This document shows, in pieces, positions 46,738 through 54,946 of a stretch of DNA of 63,233 bases. Location: contig DASPTN010000111.1 in the NCBI GenBank assembly GCA_035623395.1, forward strand, positions 1-63,233, written 5' to 3'. The translations under genes and the position numbers were made by a program. Position 1 is the stretch's first letter. Each line of letters begins with the position of its first letter. The notes below the pieces were generated by a model. That model was not told where the DNA came from. It did no database searches and worked only from the letters and a program-made list of their open reading frames with translations. This stretch comes from Gemmatimonadales bacterium. GTDB lineage: Bacteria; Gemmatimonadota; Gemmatimonadetes; Gemmatimonadales; JACORV01.

Positions 46738-46759
46738 CTGTATCGCTGTACCGATACAG
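46738..46759. promoter_or_regulatory. Inverted repeat CTGTATCG-CTGTAC-CGATACAG immediately upstream of the gntR start codon (candidate autoregulatory operator)
   Basis: The 8-bp perfect arms are read directly from the sequence. The repeat abuts the ATG at 46737, so the mRNA is either leaderless or the operator lies in the 5' UTR. Confidence 0.5.
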
Positions 46760-46780
46760 TGGCACTTTGGGGCCGACCTG

Positions 46781-47662
46781 TCAAGTGGGCCGCAGCACCA
46801 GCAGCGTGATCTCCGGCGGACAGCGCCAGCGGATCGGCGCCGTGATGGCCCCGATCCCGCGCGAAACGTAGAGTTGCCGGTCCTCCTCGCGGATCGGGCC
46901 GGCCAGATAGCGGTAGCCGAACTGCGACGGCACGTAGGGAGGCCCCAGCCACGGAAGGTGCGCCTGGCCGCCGTGGGTATGGCCCGACACCATCAGGTCG
47001 AGGCGCAGGTCCGCGGGCCAGAACGCGAAGACGTCCGGATCGTGGGACAGCACCACGCGCGGCACGCGATCGGGGACGCCTTCCAGCGCCGCAGCGAAGT
47101 CGACGACGTCGAAGCGCAGGTCACCGACCCCGGCGACCGCCAACGCGTCGGTGCCGCGCCGGACGAACGTGCACCGGTTGCGAAGCTCGACCACTCCCGC
47201 CGACCGCAGCGCGTCGCGCACCAGCTCGGCACCGACGTAGTGATCGTGGTTGCCGAGCACGCCGAAGACACCGTCCGGCGCCGCCAGCGGCCGCAGCAGG
47301 TCGACCAGGCCGCGGGCGTAGCGCGGGCTGTGCGAGAGGTAGTCGCCGCCGAGCAGGATCAGGTCCGGGCGCAGCGCGACGGCGGCGACGACCGCCTTCG
47401 CGATCCACGACTTCGGCACCACGGCGGAGTAGTGCAGGTCGGAGAGAAACGCGACCCGGTAGCCGTCGAACGACGGCGCGAGGTCGCGCACCGGGATCTC
47501 GCGGCGCTCGACGGTCAGCCGCTTGAGGCCCCACAGGCCGAACGGGCCGGCCAGTGTCTCGACCGCATGGCTGAACAGGTTCTCGAGTCTCCGCCGCCGG
47601 CCGGGGACGAGCGGGCTGCTGCGAGGCACGTGGCGCGGCGAACGGATGAGCGGGCCGATCAC
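46781..47662 (-). CDS. Metallophosphoesterase (calcineurin-like)
   Basis: FLSDLHY, LLGGDY, GNHD and SGHTHGG are the canonical metallophosphoesterase motif set. Confidence 0.85.
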   Translation of the reverse strand: MIGPLIRSPRHVPRSSPLVPGRRRRLENLFSHAVETLAGPFGLWGLKRLTVERREIPVRDLAPSFDGYRVAFLSDLHYSAVVPKSWIAKAVVAAVALRPDLILLGGDYLSHSPRYARGLVDLLRPLAAPDGVFGVLGNHDHYVGAELVRDALRSAGVVELRNRCTFVRRGTDALAVAGVGDLRFDVVDFAAALEGVPDRVPRVVLSHDPDVFAFWPADLRLDLMVSGHTHGGQAHLPWLGPPYVPSQFGYRYLAGPIREEDRQLYVSRGIGAITAPIRWRCPPEITLLVLRPT

Positions 47663-47704
47663 GGGACGGCGCGTCGGGGTGCCGTCCGCCGCCGCGGCCG
47701 GGCG

Positions 47705-48457
47705 CTACAAGCCGGTGGGATGATCGACAAACGACCAGGGCAGCTGGAACCGCTCCGCGATGTGCTCCGCCAGCGCCTTCACGCCGAGGGTCTCCGTCGC
47801 GTAGTGGCCGGCGTAGAAGGCGTTGACGCCGAGCTCCTCCGCGTCGAAGTAGGTCCAGTGCTGCCCCTCGCCGGTGACGAACGAGTCGAGGTCCGCGCGC
47901 TTGGCCTGCGGGATCATGGAGCCCGCGCTCCCGGTGATGATGCCGACGCGCCGCACGCGCTCCGGCCCGCCCGCGATGACGCGCACCGTGCCGCCGAGAA
48001 TCTCGTGCAGCCGTGCGGCCAGGGTGTCGCGCGGCAGGTCCAGCTCGCCCCACGTTCCGAGCGGCGCGCCGCGATACTCGGCGAACCAGCCGCGCACCTC
48101 GACGCCGAGCTTGCGGGCGAGGACCACGTTGTTGCCGACCTCCGGGTGCCGGTCGAGCGGCAGGTGCGCCGAATACAGGGCGATGCCGTGACGCACCAGC
48201 GAGGCGGCGCGCCGGAAGTGACGGCCCACCAGCGGCTCGAGGCCGCCCCAGAACAGCCCGTGGTGCACGATCAACAGGTCGGCGCCGCGCTGGGCCGCCT
48301 GGTCGATCACCGCCTGACAGGCGTCGACGGCGACGGCGACGTTGTGCACGTCGCCGGCGTTCTCCACCTGGAGCCCGTTGAGGGCGTTGGGGTCGTCGGC
48401 TACCTCCCCGGTGCGGAGGTAGTCGTCGAGGTACCGCACGAGGTCTTCGAGGCGCAC
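47705..48457 (-). CDS. Nif3-like dinuclear metal centre protein (YbgI/GTP cyclohydrolase 1 type 2 family)
   Basis: NGLQVE, DLLIVHHGLFW, LYSAHLPLD and YAGHYATE. Confidence 0.88.
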   Translation of the reverse strand: MRLEDLVRYLDDYLRTGEVADDPNALNGLQVENAGDVHNVAVAVDACQAVIDQAAQRGADLLIVHHGLFWGGLEPLVGRHFRRAASLVRHGIALYSAHLPLDRHPEVGNNVVLARKLGVEVRGWFAEYRGAPLGTWGELDLPRDTLAARLHEILGGTVRVIAGGPERVRRVGIITGSAGSMIPQAKRADLDSFVTGEGQHWTYFDAEELGVNAFYAGHYATETLGVKALAEHIAERFQLPWSFVDHPTGL

Positions 48458-48540
48458 CGCTCAAGCCCGTGGAGAGGGGGTCACGTCACTGCCTGGCCGT
48501 GAAACGGTCGACCACGCCGCGCGCCGCCGGCGCTCGCTGC

Positions 48541-49035
48541 CTACTGGCTCCGGCCGAAACCGCCGGGAGCCCGGGACGGCGTCGTCGACGATTCCGGTGG
48601 CTCGGACGCCGCATCGGTCCGCCGATTCTCCTGAAGCGGCGAACCCTCGCCCATCTTGATGCGGCCGTTCAGCGTTCCTCCCTCGGCGACGGAGATGCGG
48701 AGGGTCGTGATGTCGCCGTCGATCGACGCGCCCGCCTGGACCTCCACCCGCCCGCGCGCCCGGATGGCGCCGTTCACCACGCCGCCCACGATCACCTCGG
48801 CGGTCTCGATGTCGCCGCGCACGACGCCGCCCTTGGCGACGAGCACCTGCGTCGAAGCCTTCACGTGCCCGTCGACCGTGCCCTCGATCTTGACGACGCT
48901 GTCCGTCTCCAGGTCGCCACGCACGACCATGCCCGCCCCCACGATGGACAGGCTCAGGGCCGCGCCCGATGGCCTCGCCGACGGCGACGCCTTCCCGCCC
49001 TCGGGCTGGGGTTTGCTGCCGCCGAAAATGCCCAT
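48541..49035 (-). CDS. Bactofilin (polymer-forming cytoskeletal protein, CcmA/BacA-like)
   Basis: IVGAGMVVRGDLETDSVVKIEGTVDGHVKASTQVLVAKGGVVRGDIETAEVIVGGVVNGAIRARGRVEVQAGASIDGDITTLRISVAEGGTLNGRI is the repetitive beta-helix pattern of DUF583/bactofilin, with disordered termini. Confidence 0.85.
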   Translation of the reverse strand: MGIFGGSKPQPEGGKASPSARPSGAALSLSIVGAGMVVRGDLETDSVVKIEGTVDGHVKASTQVLVAKGGVVRGDIETAEVIVGGVVNGAIRARGRVEVQAGASIDGDITTLRISVAEGGTLNGRIKMGEGSPLQENRRTDAASEPPESSTTPSRAPGGFGRSQ

Positions 49036-49037
49036 GC

Positions 49038-49853
49038 CTACGGTCCCTCCCGCACCAGCGTGGTCGGATCGATGGACCGGCCGTGGAGTCGCACCTCGAA
49101 GTGCAGGTGCGGGGCGGTCGACCGGCCGGTATTGCCGGAGAGCGCGATCACCTGGCCCGCCGCGACGGTGTCTCCCCGCGACACCACGATGCGCGACAGG
49201 TGACCGTACATGGACTGATAGCCCGAGGGATGCTCGAGTAACACGAACAGCCCGTACGACGAATCCCGGCCCACCCGCTCAACGATTCCGCCTCCCGACG
49301 CCCTGACGTCGGAGCCCTCCGGCACCGCGAGGTCGATGCCCGGGTGCACCTCCTCGCTGGGCGTGTCCGCGACCATCCCGCGCGTGCGGTACGACGGCAC
49401 CGACAGCGGCCAGCGGTTCGGCACCGACAGACCCACCTGTGGCCGCCCTCCCGAGTCGCGCGCCGGGGGCCGCGCCACCATGGCCGGCGCGATGTAGAGC
49501 AGTTCCTCGCCCGCCGCGAGTTGGCTCTCCGCGGTTCCGGCCGGGGCCGGCACCTGGGCGCCGAGCATGCCGCGCAGATGGGTGTACCTCGCCTCGGCGT
49601 CGGAGAGCTCGCGGGCGAGCTCGGTGACGCGGGCGTTGTCCCGGGTCAGTTGCTCGACGCGCCGCTGGAGGAGCGGCGCCCGCAGCGCGGCAGTGAGGAC
49701 CGGCCCGTACGTCGCGACGATGGCGACCGCGGCGAGGAGCAGGACAGCCGCGGCGATCAGCCCCGCTCGCACCACCCACGACGGGACCTGCAGCTGTCGC
49801 GAAAACAGCGCCCCGTTGCGGTGGATGATGACGGTGTAGCCGGGGCCTCGCAC
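49038..49853 (-). CDS. M23/LytM-family peptidase with N-terminal TM anchor and coiled coil
   Basis: GTG at 49853 overlaps the parB stop (TAGTG). TM helix VVRAGLIAAAVLLLAAVAIVATY. Catalytic motifs HPGIDLAV (HxxxD) and GNTGRSTAPHLHFEV (HxH). Its stop lies 2 nt before the bactofilin start. Confidence 0.85.
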   Translation of the reverse strand: MRGPGYTVIIHRNGALFSRQLQVPSWVVRAGLIAAAVLLLAAVAIVATYGPVLTAALRAPLLQRRVEQLTRDNARVTELARELSDAEARYTHLRGMLGAQVPAPAGTAESQLAAGEELLYIAPAMVARPPARDSGGRPQVGLSVPNRWPLSVPSYRTRGMVADTPSEEVHPGIDLAVPEGSDVRASGGGIVERVGRDSSYGLFVLLEHPSGYQSMYGHLSRIVVSRGDTVAAGQVIALSGNTGRSTAPHLHFEVRLHGRSIDPTTLVREGP

Positions 49854-50743
49854 TAGCCGTCCCACCTGCGGCCGAGGATGAGCTCGAGCAACCGGCCCAG
49901 ATCCTCCTCGGAGTAGAACCGCACCTGCAGGTGTCCCTTCCCCTTCCCCGTGAGCACCACGGTCGCGTCGGTTCCAAGCCTCTTCCGGAGCGCCGATTCG
50001 ATCCTCGCGACCTCGGCCGGCACCGCACGCCGTCCCGCGCGGCCCTTGCCGTCGCGACGGCCCGCCGGTCCGCCGCGCGCGTGGCGCTCGATCTCGCGCA
50101 CCGACCAGCCGTTCGCTACGCATTCCCGGGCCAGCCGCTCGATCCGGCGGTCGTCGCCCAGGCTGAGCAGCGCGCGTGCGTGTCCGGCCGTGAGCGCGTC
50201 ACTGGCCACCAGCTTCTGGACGCTCTTGGGCAGCTTCAGCAGGCGCACCGCGTTCGCGACAGTCGAGCGGTCGCGGCCGACGGCCTCGGCGATGGCCGCG
50301 TGCGACAACTTGAAGTCCGTCGCCAGCCGTTCGTAGCCCTCGGCCTCCTCGATGGCCGACAGCGAGGCGCGTTGCAGGTTCTCGACCAGGGCCAGGGTCA
50401 GCAGGGTTCGGTCGTCGACGTCGCGGACGACCGCCGGGATCCTCTTCCACCCGAGTTCGCGGGCGGCCCGCCAGCGTCGCTCGCCAGCCACCAGCTCATA
50501 GCCCGGCCCGACCTGTCGGACGATGACCGGCTGCAGCAGCCCGCTGCTGGCGATCGACTGCTTCAGCTCGGCCAGGGCCGTGGGATCCATCGCGCGCCGG
50601 GGCTGGAACCGGTTGGGCTCCACCGCGTCCACCGGAAGCTCCTGCAGCGCCCCTTCGCGCTCGGCCTCCTCCACGGTGCCGGTGCCGAGCAGGGCCTCGA
50701 GACCCCGGCCCAGTCGGCGCCGGCTCCCGGTCGCGCCGCTCAC
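49853..50743 (-). CDS. parB: Chromosome partitioning protein ParB (Spo0J)
   Basis: GTG at 50743 overlaps the parA stop (GTGA). LGRGLEALL, NRFQPRR, LLQPVIVR, GERRWRAA and LVENLQR are ParB boxes. Confidence 0.92.
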   Translation of the reverse strand: MSGATGSRRRLGRGLEALLGTGTVEEAEREGALQELPVDAVEPNRFQPRRAMDPTALAELKQSIASSGLLQPVIVRQVGPGYELVAGERRWRAARELGWKRIPAVVRDVDDRTLLTLALVENLQRASLSAIEEAEGYERLATDFKLSHAAIAEAVGRDRSTVANAVRLLKLPKSVQKLVASDALTAGHARALLSLGDDRRIERLARECVANGWSVREIERHARGGPAGRRDGKGRAGRRAVPAEVARIESALRKRLGTDATVVLTGKGKGHLQVRFYSEEDLGRLLELILGRRWDG

Positions 50744-51564
50744 GTCGCCGCCTCCGCAGCGTGCTTGGTGGTCTCGCGGGCCTCGGCGCCCAGCTTGGAG
50801 GCGGTGCGGCGGATCAGCTCCTCCGCGACGCTCAGGTAGCACTGCGCGCCGACGGAGCCGATGTCGTAGAGCAGGATCGGCTTTCCGAAGCTTGGGGCCT
50901 CGGCCAGGCGCACATTGCGGGGCACCACGGCCTTGAACATCCGCGCCCCGAAGTACTCCCGCGCTTCGTCGGCGACCTGGCGCGAGAGGTTGAGCCGGGC
51001 GTCGTACATCGTGAGCAGGACGCCGTCGATCGCCAAGCGCGGGTTGAAGTTGCGCTGCACCAGTCGCACGGTGTTCAGCAGCTGGGACAGCCCTTCCAGC
51101 GCGTAGTACTCGCACTGGATGGGGATGATGACCGAGTCCGCCGCCGTCAGCATGTTGAGTGTCAGCAGTCCGAGCGACGGCGGACAGTCCATCAGGACAT
51201 AGTCGTACGACCGGCGCACGCTCTCGAGCGCGCCGCGCATGATGGTCTCGCGGTGCGGCCGCGAGACCAGCTCGACCTCGGCGCCGACGAGGTCGCGGGA
51301 CGCGGGTGCCACATCGAGGAAGGGGAAGTGGACGGCGCGGCGGACCGAGTCCGCCAGGGGCCGGTTGTCGAGCAGAACCTCGTACAAGGTCAGATGAAGC
51401 CCGTCGCGCTCCAGTCCCACGCCGCTCGTGGCGTTCGCCTGCGGGTCGGCGTCGACCAGCAGCGTGCGCTTCTCCGCCGCCGCCAGGGAGGCAGCCAGGT
51501 TGACGGCCGACGTCGTCTTGCCGACGCCGCCCTTCTGGTTGGCGATCGCGATGACCCGAGCCAT
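50740..51564 (-). CDS. parA: Chromosome partitioning ATPase ParA (Soj)
   Basis: VIAIANQKGGVGKTTSAVNLA (deviant Walker A), LLVDADPQANAT, and YVLMDCPPSL. Confidence 0.93.
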   Translation of the reverse strand: MARVIAIANQKGGVGKTTSAVNLAASLAAAEKRTLLVDADPQANATSGVGLERDGLHLTLYEVLLDNRPLADSVRRAVHFPFLDVAPASRDLVGAEVELVSRPHRETIMRGALESVRRSYDYVLMDCPPSLGLLTLNMLTAADSVIIPIQCEYYALEGLSQLLNTVRLVQRNFNPRLAIDGVLLTMYDARLNLSRQVADEAREYFGARMFKAVVPRNVRLAEAPSFGKPILLYDIGSVGAQCYLSVAEELIRRTASKLGAEARETTKHAAEAAT

Positions 51565-51582
51565 GGGGCGGGGGAATCTATC

Positions 51583-51598
51583 TGTTGCACGTGCAACG
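51583..51598. other. parS site 1 (TGTTGCACGTGCAACG)
   Basis: It matches the canonical parS tGTTnCACGTGaAACa in the palindromic core GTTGCACGTGCAAC. It lies 19 nt upstream of the parA start. Confidence 0.8.
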
Positions 51599-51628
51599 GG
51601 CTAGCGGACTTGCAGGGCAGGGAGGGGG

Positions 51629-51644
51629 TGTTGCACGTGCAACG
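51629..51644. other. parS site 2 (identical TGTTGCACGTGCAACG)
   Basis: An exact second copy, 46 bp from site 1 (start to start). Confidence 0.8.
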
Positions 51645-51696
51645 GGGCCCACAACGTCGGCCCCGCCGCGAACGCCTCAGCGCGCCGCCCCTCAGC

Positions 51697-52971
51697 TCAA
51701 TCCTGCCTCGCCCAGCGCCACAGCTCCTTCAGGTTGGGCCGCTTGCCGTACATCAGGATCCCGATCCGGTACACCCGGGCCGACAGCCACACCACCAGCA
51801 GCACCGTGGCGGCGGCAATCACCAGCGACAGGGCCAGCTGCGCGGTCGGCACGTCTGAGGTCGCCACCCGCACCGGCATGATGATGGGCGATGAGACGGG
51901 GATCATCGAGGTGACCACGGCCATCTGCCCGCTCGGATCGCTCAGGGCCGCGAACGACACGATCAGGGAGAAAACCAGCAGCATCATCACCGGCTGCTGG
52001 GCCTGCTGCGCCTCGGAGTCGGCCGTGACCGACGCGCCGACGACCGCGAACAGCGCGGCGTACAGCAGGTACCCGAGCACGAAGTACGCCCCGACGACGG
52101 CGAGCAGGGTTCCGCTGATGGCGGGGAAGGTGAAGCTGCTGATCTGCTCCAGCGGCACGTGGAACGCCCCCAGGATCTGCGCGCGGAAGTGCAGCATCAG
52201 GTACCCGGTGAACGTCCAGATCCCGAACTGGAACAGCCCCACGCCGCCGACCCCGACGACCTTGCCCAGCATGAGCTGGAACGGACGGAGGCTCGACACC
52301 AGAACCTCAATGATGCGGGTCTGCTTCTCCTCCAGCACGCTGCGCATCACGTTGATGCCGTAGATCAGGATGATCATGTAGAGGACCAGCCCGACCCCGT
52401 AGCCGAGGAAGAACGTCACCATCCCCGACTCGCCCGTGGCTCCCCGCTTCGTGACCCGCAACGTCTTGAGATCGATGCCGCGCTGCGCCTCCTGCACCAC
52501 CCCCGGGTCCACGCCGCGGCGGGTGAGGCGCTCGGTCACCACGCTCTGCCGCAGCGCACCCTCCATCACCGCCATGTCGCGCAGCGAAGACACGTTGCGG
52601 CCCCGATACTCGGCCGTGCCGGATTCCAGCGTCGCCGACGACACCGTCAAGAACCCGTCCAGCGCCTCCGTCCGGACCTCGTTGGTGAGCGAGTCCTTCA
52701 CCGCAGTGTCCTGACCCTCTCCGGATTCCAGCAGCTCCACCGTGAACCGACCCGATCCCGCGAGCTGCGTCCTGAGCCGCTGCGCGAACGAGTCGCTGCC
52801 CTCGTCGACCAGCACGATGTGGTTCACCCGTCCCGACCGCGTCGCGAGCAGGCTCGGCAGGACGGTCACGGCGATCATGAACACCGGGCCGAGGATCGTG
52901 GACACCAAGAACCACTTGGATCGCACCCGCTCGACGAATTCCCGGCGGATGACCGCCCAGACCTTATGCAC
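51697..52971 (-). CDS. ABC-2 type transporter permease (NatB-like)
   Basis: 424 aa. The N-terminal TM is followed by an extracytoplasmic loop of about 150 aa and then 5 TM helices. It overlaps the upstream ATPase gene by 8 nt. Confidence 0.8.
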   Translation of the reverse strand: MHKVWAVIRREFVERVRSKWFLVSTILGPVFMIAVTVLPSLLATRSGRVNHIVLVDEGSDSFAQRLRTQLAGSGRFTVELLESGEGQDTAVKDSLTNEVRTEALDGFLTVSSATLESGTAEYRGRNVSSLRDMAVMEGALRQSVVTERLTRRGVDPGVVQEAQRGIDLKTLRVTKRGATGESGMVTFFLGYGVGLVLYMIILIYGINVMRSVLEEKQTRIIEVLVSSLRPFQLMLGKVVGVGGVGLFQFGIWTFTGYLMLHFRAQILGAFHVPLEQISSFTFPAISGTLLAVVGAYFVLGYLLYAALFAVVGASVTADSEAQQAQQPVMMLLVFSLIVSFAALSDPSGQMAVVTSMIPVSSPIIMPVRVATSDVPTAQLALSLVIAAATVLLVVWLSARVYRIGILMYGKRPNLKELWRWARQD

Positions 52972-53920
52972 GGGCCACCTCCGGCCCGGCGGGGGCCGCG
53001 GCGGGCCCCGCCTTGTCGAGGAAGATCCGGTTCAGCGACGGCTCGATCCGCTCGAACCGGCGCAGCCGCGCCCGCGTCGCCATCAGCCGCTCCAGGACGA
53101 GCTGCGGGTCCACTCCGGGCTTGAGCTTCAGCTCCGCGGACACGCCCGAATCGTCGGCGGCGGCCACGAGGTCGCTCACGGCGGCCATGGCCTCCGCACC
53201 GGCGGCCGCGTCCTCGAACGCCACCGCGACGTGGGTGCCGCCGTGCTCCCGCTTCACCTCCGCCAACCCGCCGTCCAGGACCTTCCGGCCCCGGGCGATG
53301 ATGCACACGTGGTCGCAGATCTTCTCCGCAACGTCCATCTGGTGGGTGGAGAAGATGATGGTCGCGCCGGAGCGGGAGAGGTGCACGATGATCTGCTTGA
53401 GCACGTCCTGGTTGATCGGATCGAGGCCGGAGAACGGCTCGTCCAGGATCAGCAGCTCGGGCTCGTGCAGCATCGTCCCGATGAACTGGACCTTCTGCTG
53501 CATGCCCTTCGACAGCTCCTCGACCTTGCGCGAGCCCCACTCGGCGAGGTCGAGACGCCGCAGCCACTCGTCCGCCTTCGCCCCGCCGCGCACGCGATCG
53601 ACGCCCTTCGCCTCGGCGAGGAACACCAGCATGTCCCGCACCCGCATCTTCCGGTACAGGCCGCGCTCCTCGGGGAGGTAGCCGATCCTCGCGCTGTGGT
53701 GCCGTCCGCCCATCCGGTCCCCGAACAGCTCGATCGTGCCCTCATCCGGCATCGTGATGTTCATGACCATCCGGATGGTGGTGGTCTTGCCGGCACCGTT
53801 CGGGCCGAGCAGCCCGTAGACGGCGCCCTTGGGGACCCGGAGCGAGAGATCTGCGACGGCGACGTGGCCCGCGAACCGCTTCGCGATCCCGTCGACGGCG
53901 ACGACGTTGTCTGGAGTCAT
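52964..53920 (-). CDS. ABC transporter ATP-binding protein (NatA-like)
   Basis: ATG at 53920 overlaps the DJ-1 stop (ATGA). GLLGPNGAGKTTT, LSKGMQQKV, LLILDEPFSGLD and STH. Confidence 0.9.
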   Translation of the reverse strand: MTPDNVVAVDGIAKRFAGHVAVADLSLRVPKGAVYGLLGPNGAGKTTTIRMVMNITMPDEGTIELFGDRMGGRHHSARIGYLPEERGLYRKMRVRDMLVFLAEAKGVDRVRGGAKADEWLRRLDLAEWGSRKVEELSKGMQQKVQFIGTMLHEPELLILDEPFSGLDPINQDVLKQIIVHLSRSGATIIFSTHQMDVAEKICDHVCIIARGRKVLDGGLAEVKREHGGTHVAVAFEDAAAGAEAMAAVSDLVAAADDSGVSAELKLKPGVDPQLVLERLMATRARLRRFERIEPSLNRIFLDKAGPAAAPAGPEVARA

Positions 53921-54438
53921 GGGCTGAGCAGCCGGGCCAGGGTTTCGCCGAACGCGGCGGCCGCTTCCGGGCCGCTGGCGGTGACGATCGTTCCGTCGAG
54001 CACGACGGGCTCCTCTACGTAGGTCGCGCCGCCCCGTTTCAGCTCCACGATGGCGCGGCGCGAGGGATAGGACGTCGCCCGCTTGCCGGCCAGCAGGCCG
54101 GCGCGCGCGAGCACCGCCGGAGCCAGGCAGATCGCCGCGACGGGCTTGCCGGCAGCGTGCACCGCCCGCGCGAGCACCTGCAGCGGCTCGCAATCCCAGA
54201 GGTGGGCCGGCGCGCCGGCGCCCCCGGCGATGGCGAGCGCGTCGCACGACGCCGCGTCGGCCTGCTGGATCGTGCAATCCACGCGGACCTCGGCGCCGAG
54301 CATCCCGGTCGCGACCCCGCCGCGGGTCGAGGCCACGGCCACTGTGGCGCCTGCCTGCTCGAGCGCGCGTCTCGGCTCGAGCAGCTCCTCGTCACGGAAG
54401 CGCTCCGGCGCAATCACGTACACGACCTTCGGCGGCAC
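53917..54438 (-). CDS. DJ-1/PfpI-family protein (second paralog in the window)
   Basis: DALAIAGGAG, KPVAAICLAPAVLA (nucleophile-elbow Cys), and VVLDGTIVTASGPEAAAAF. Confidence 0.85.
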   Translation of the reverse strand: MPPKVVYVIAPERFRDEELLEPRRALEQAGATVAVASTRGGVATGMLGAEVRVDCTIQQADAASCDALAIAGGAGAPAHLWDCEPLQVLARAVHAAGKPVAAICLAPAVLARAGLLAGKRATSYPSRRAIVELKRGGATYVEEPVVLDGTIVTASGPEAAAAFGETLARLLSP

Positions 54439-54499
54439 GGGAAGATCTCCGGCGCGGTCACCGGAGAGGGAGAATAACAGCGCAGACTTCGGGGGGCGA

Positions 54500-54946
54500 C
54501 TAGGACGGGATCTTCGCGCTCTCCTCCAGAGCGTTCCAGCCGAGCAGCGCGCACTTGACCCGGATCGGGAACTTCGCGACGCCGGCGAGCGCGCGCGCCT
54601 CGCCGAGGGCGCGATCCCGCGCCGCCTCCGCGGAGCCGTGCATCATCTCGCCGAACCGCGCGCCGAGCGCGCGAGCCTCCGCCACGGTCTTGCCCTTGAT
54701 GAGCTGCGTCATCATCGATGCCGACGCCTGGCTGATCGAGCAGCCGCGACCCGAGAAACGCACGTCGGCGATCGTGTCGCCGTCGAGCAGCAGGTCGAGC
54801 TCCAGCTCGTCGCCGCAGGTGGGGTTCGACAGCGCGACACGGCGGGTGTGCGCCTCGAGGCTGCCCTTGTTCCGCGGCCGCCGGTAGTGGTCCAGGATCA
54901 GCTCCTGGTACAGCTCGGCGAGGCCGGAGTCGTCGCGCTCAGGCAT
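54500..54946 (-). CDS. sufU: Fe-S cluster assembly sulfur-transfer/scaffold protein SufU (IscU-like)
   Basis: LYQELILDHYRRPRN, NPTCGDELEL, GRGCSISQASASMM and RVKCALL (Cys ligands). Confidence 0.85.
   Translation of the reverse strand: MPERDDSGLAELYQELILDHYRRPRNKGSLEAHTRRVALSNPTCGDELELDLLLDGDTIADVRFSGRGCSISQASASMMTQLIKGKTVAEARALGARFGEMMHGSAEAARDRALGEARALAGVAKFPIRVKCALLGWNALEESAKIPS

Noticed and set aside
51565-51696. Calling a replication origin (oriC) because parS-parAB are present.
   Set aside because: I found no dnaA, no dnaN, no cluster of DnaA-box-like 9-mers and no AT-rich unwinding element in the window. parS indicates only proximity to the origin.
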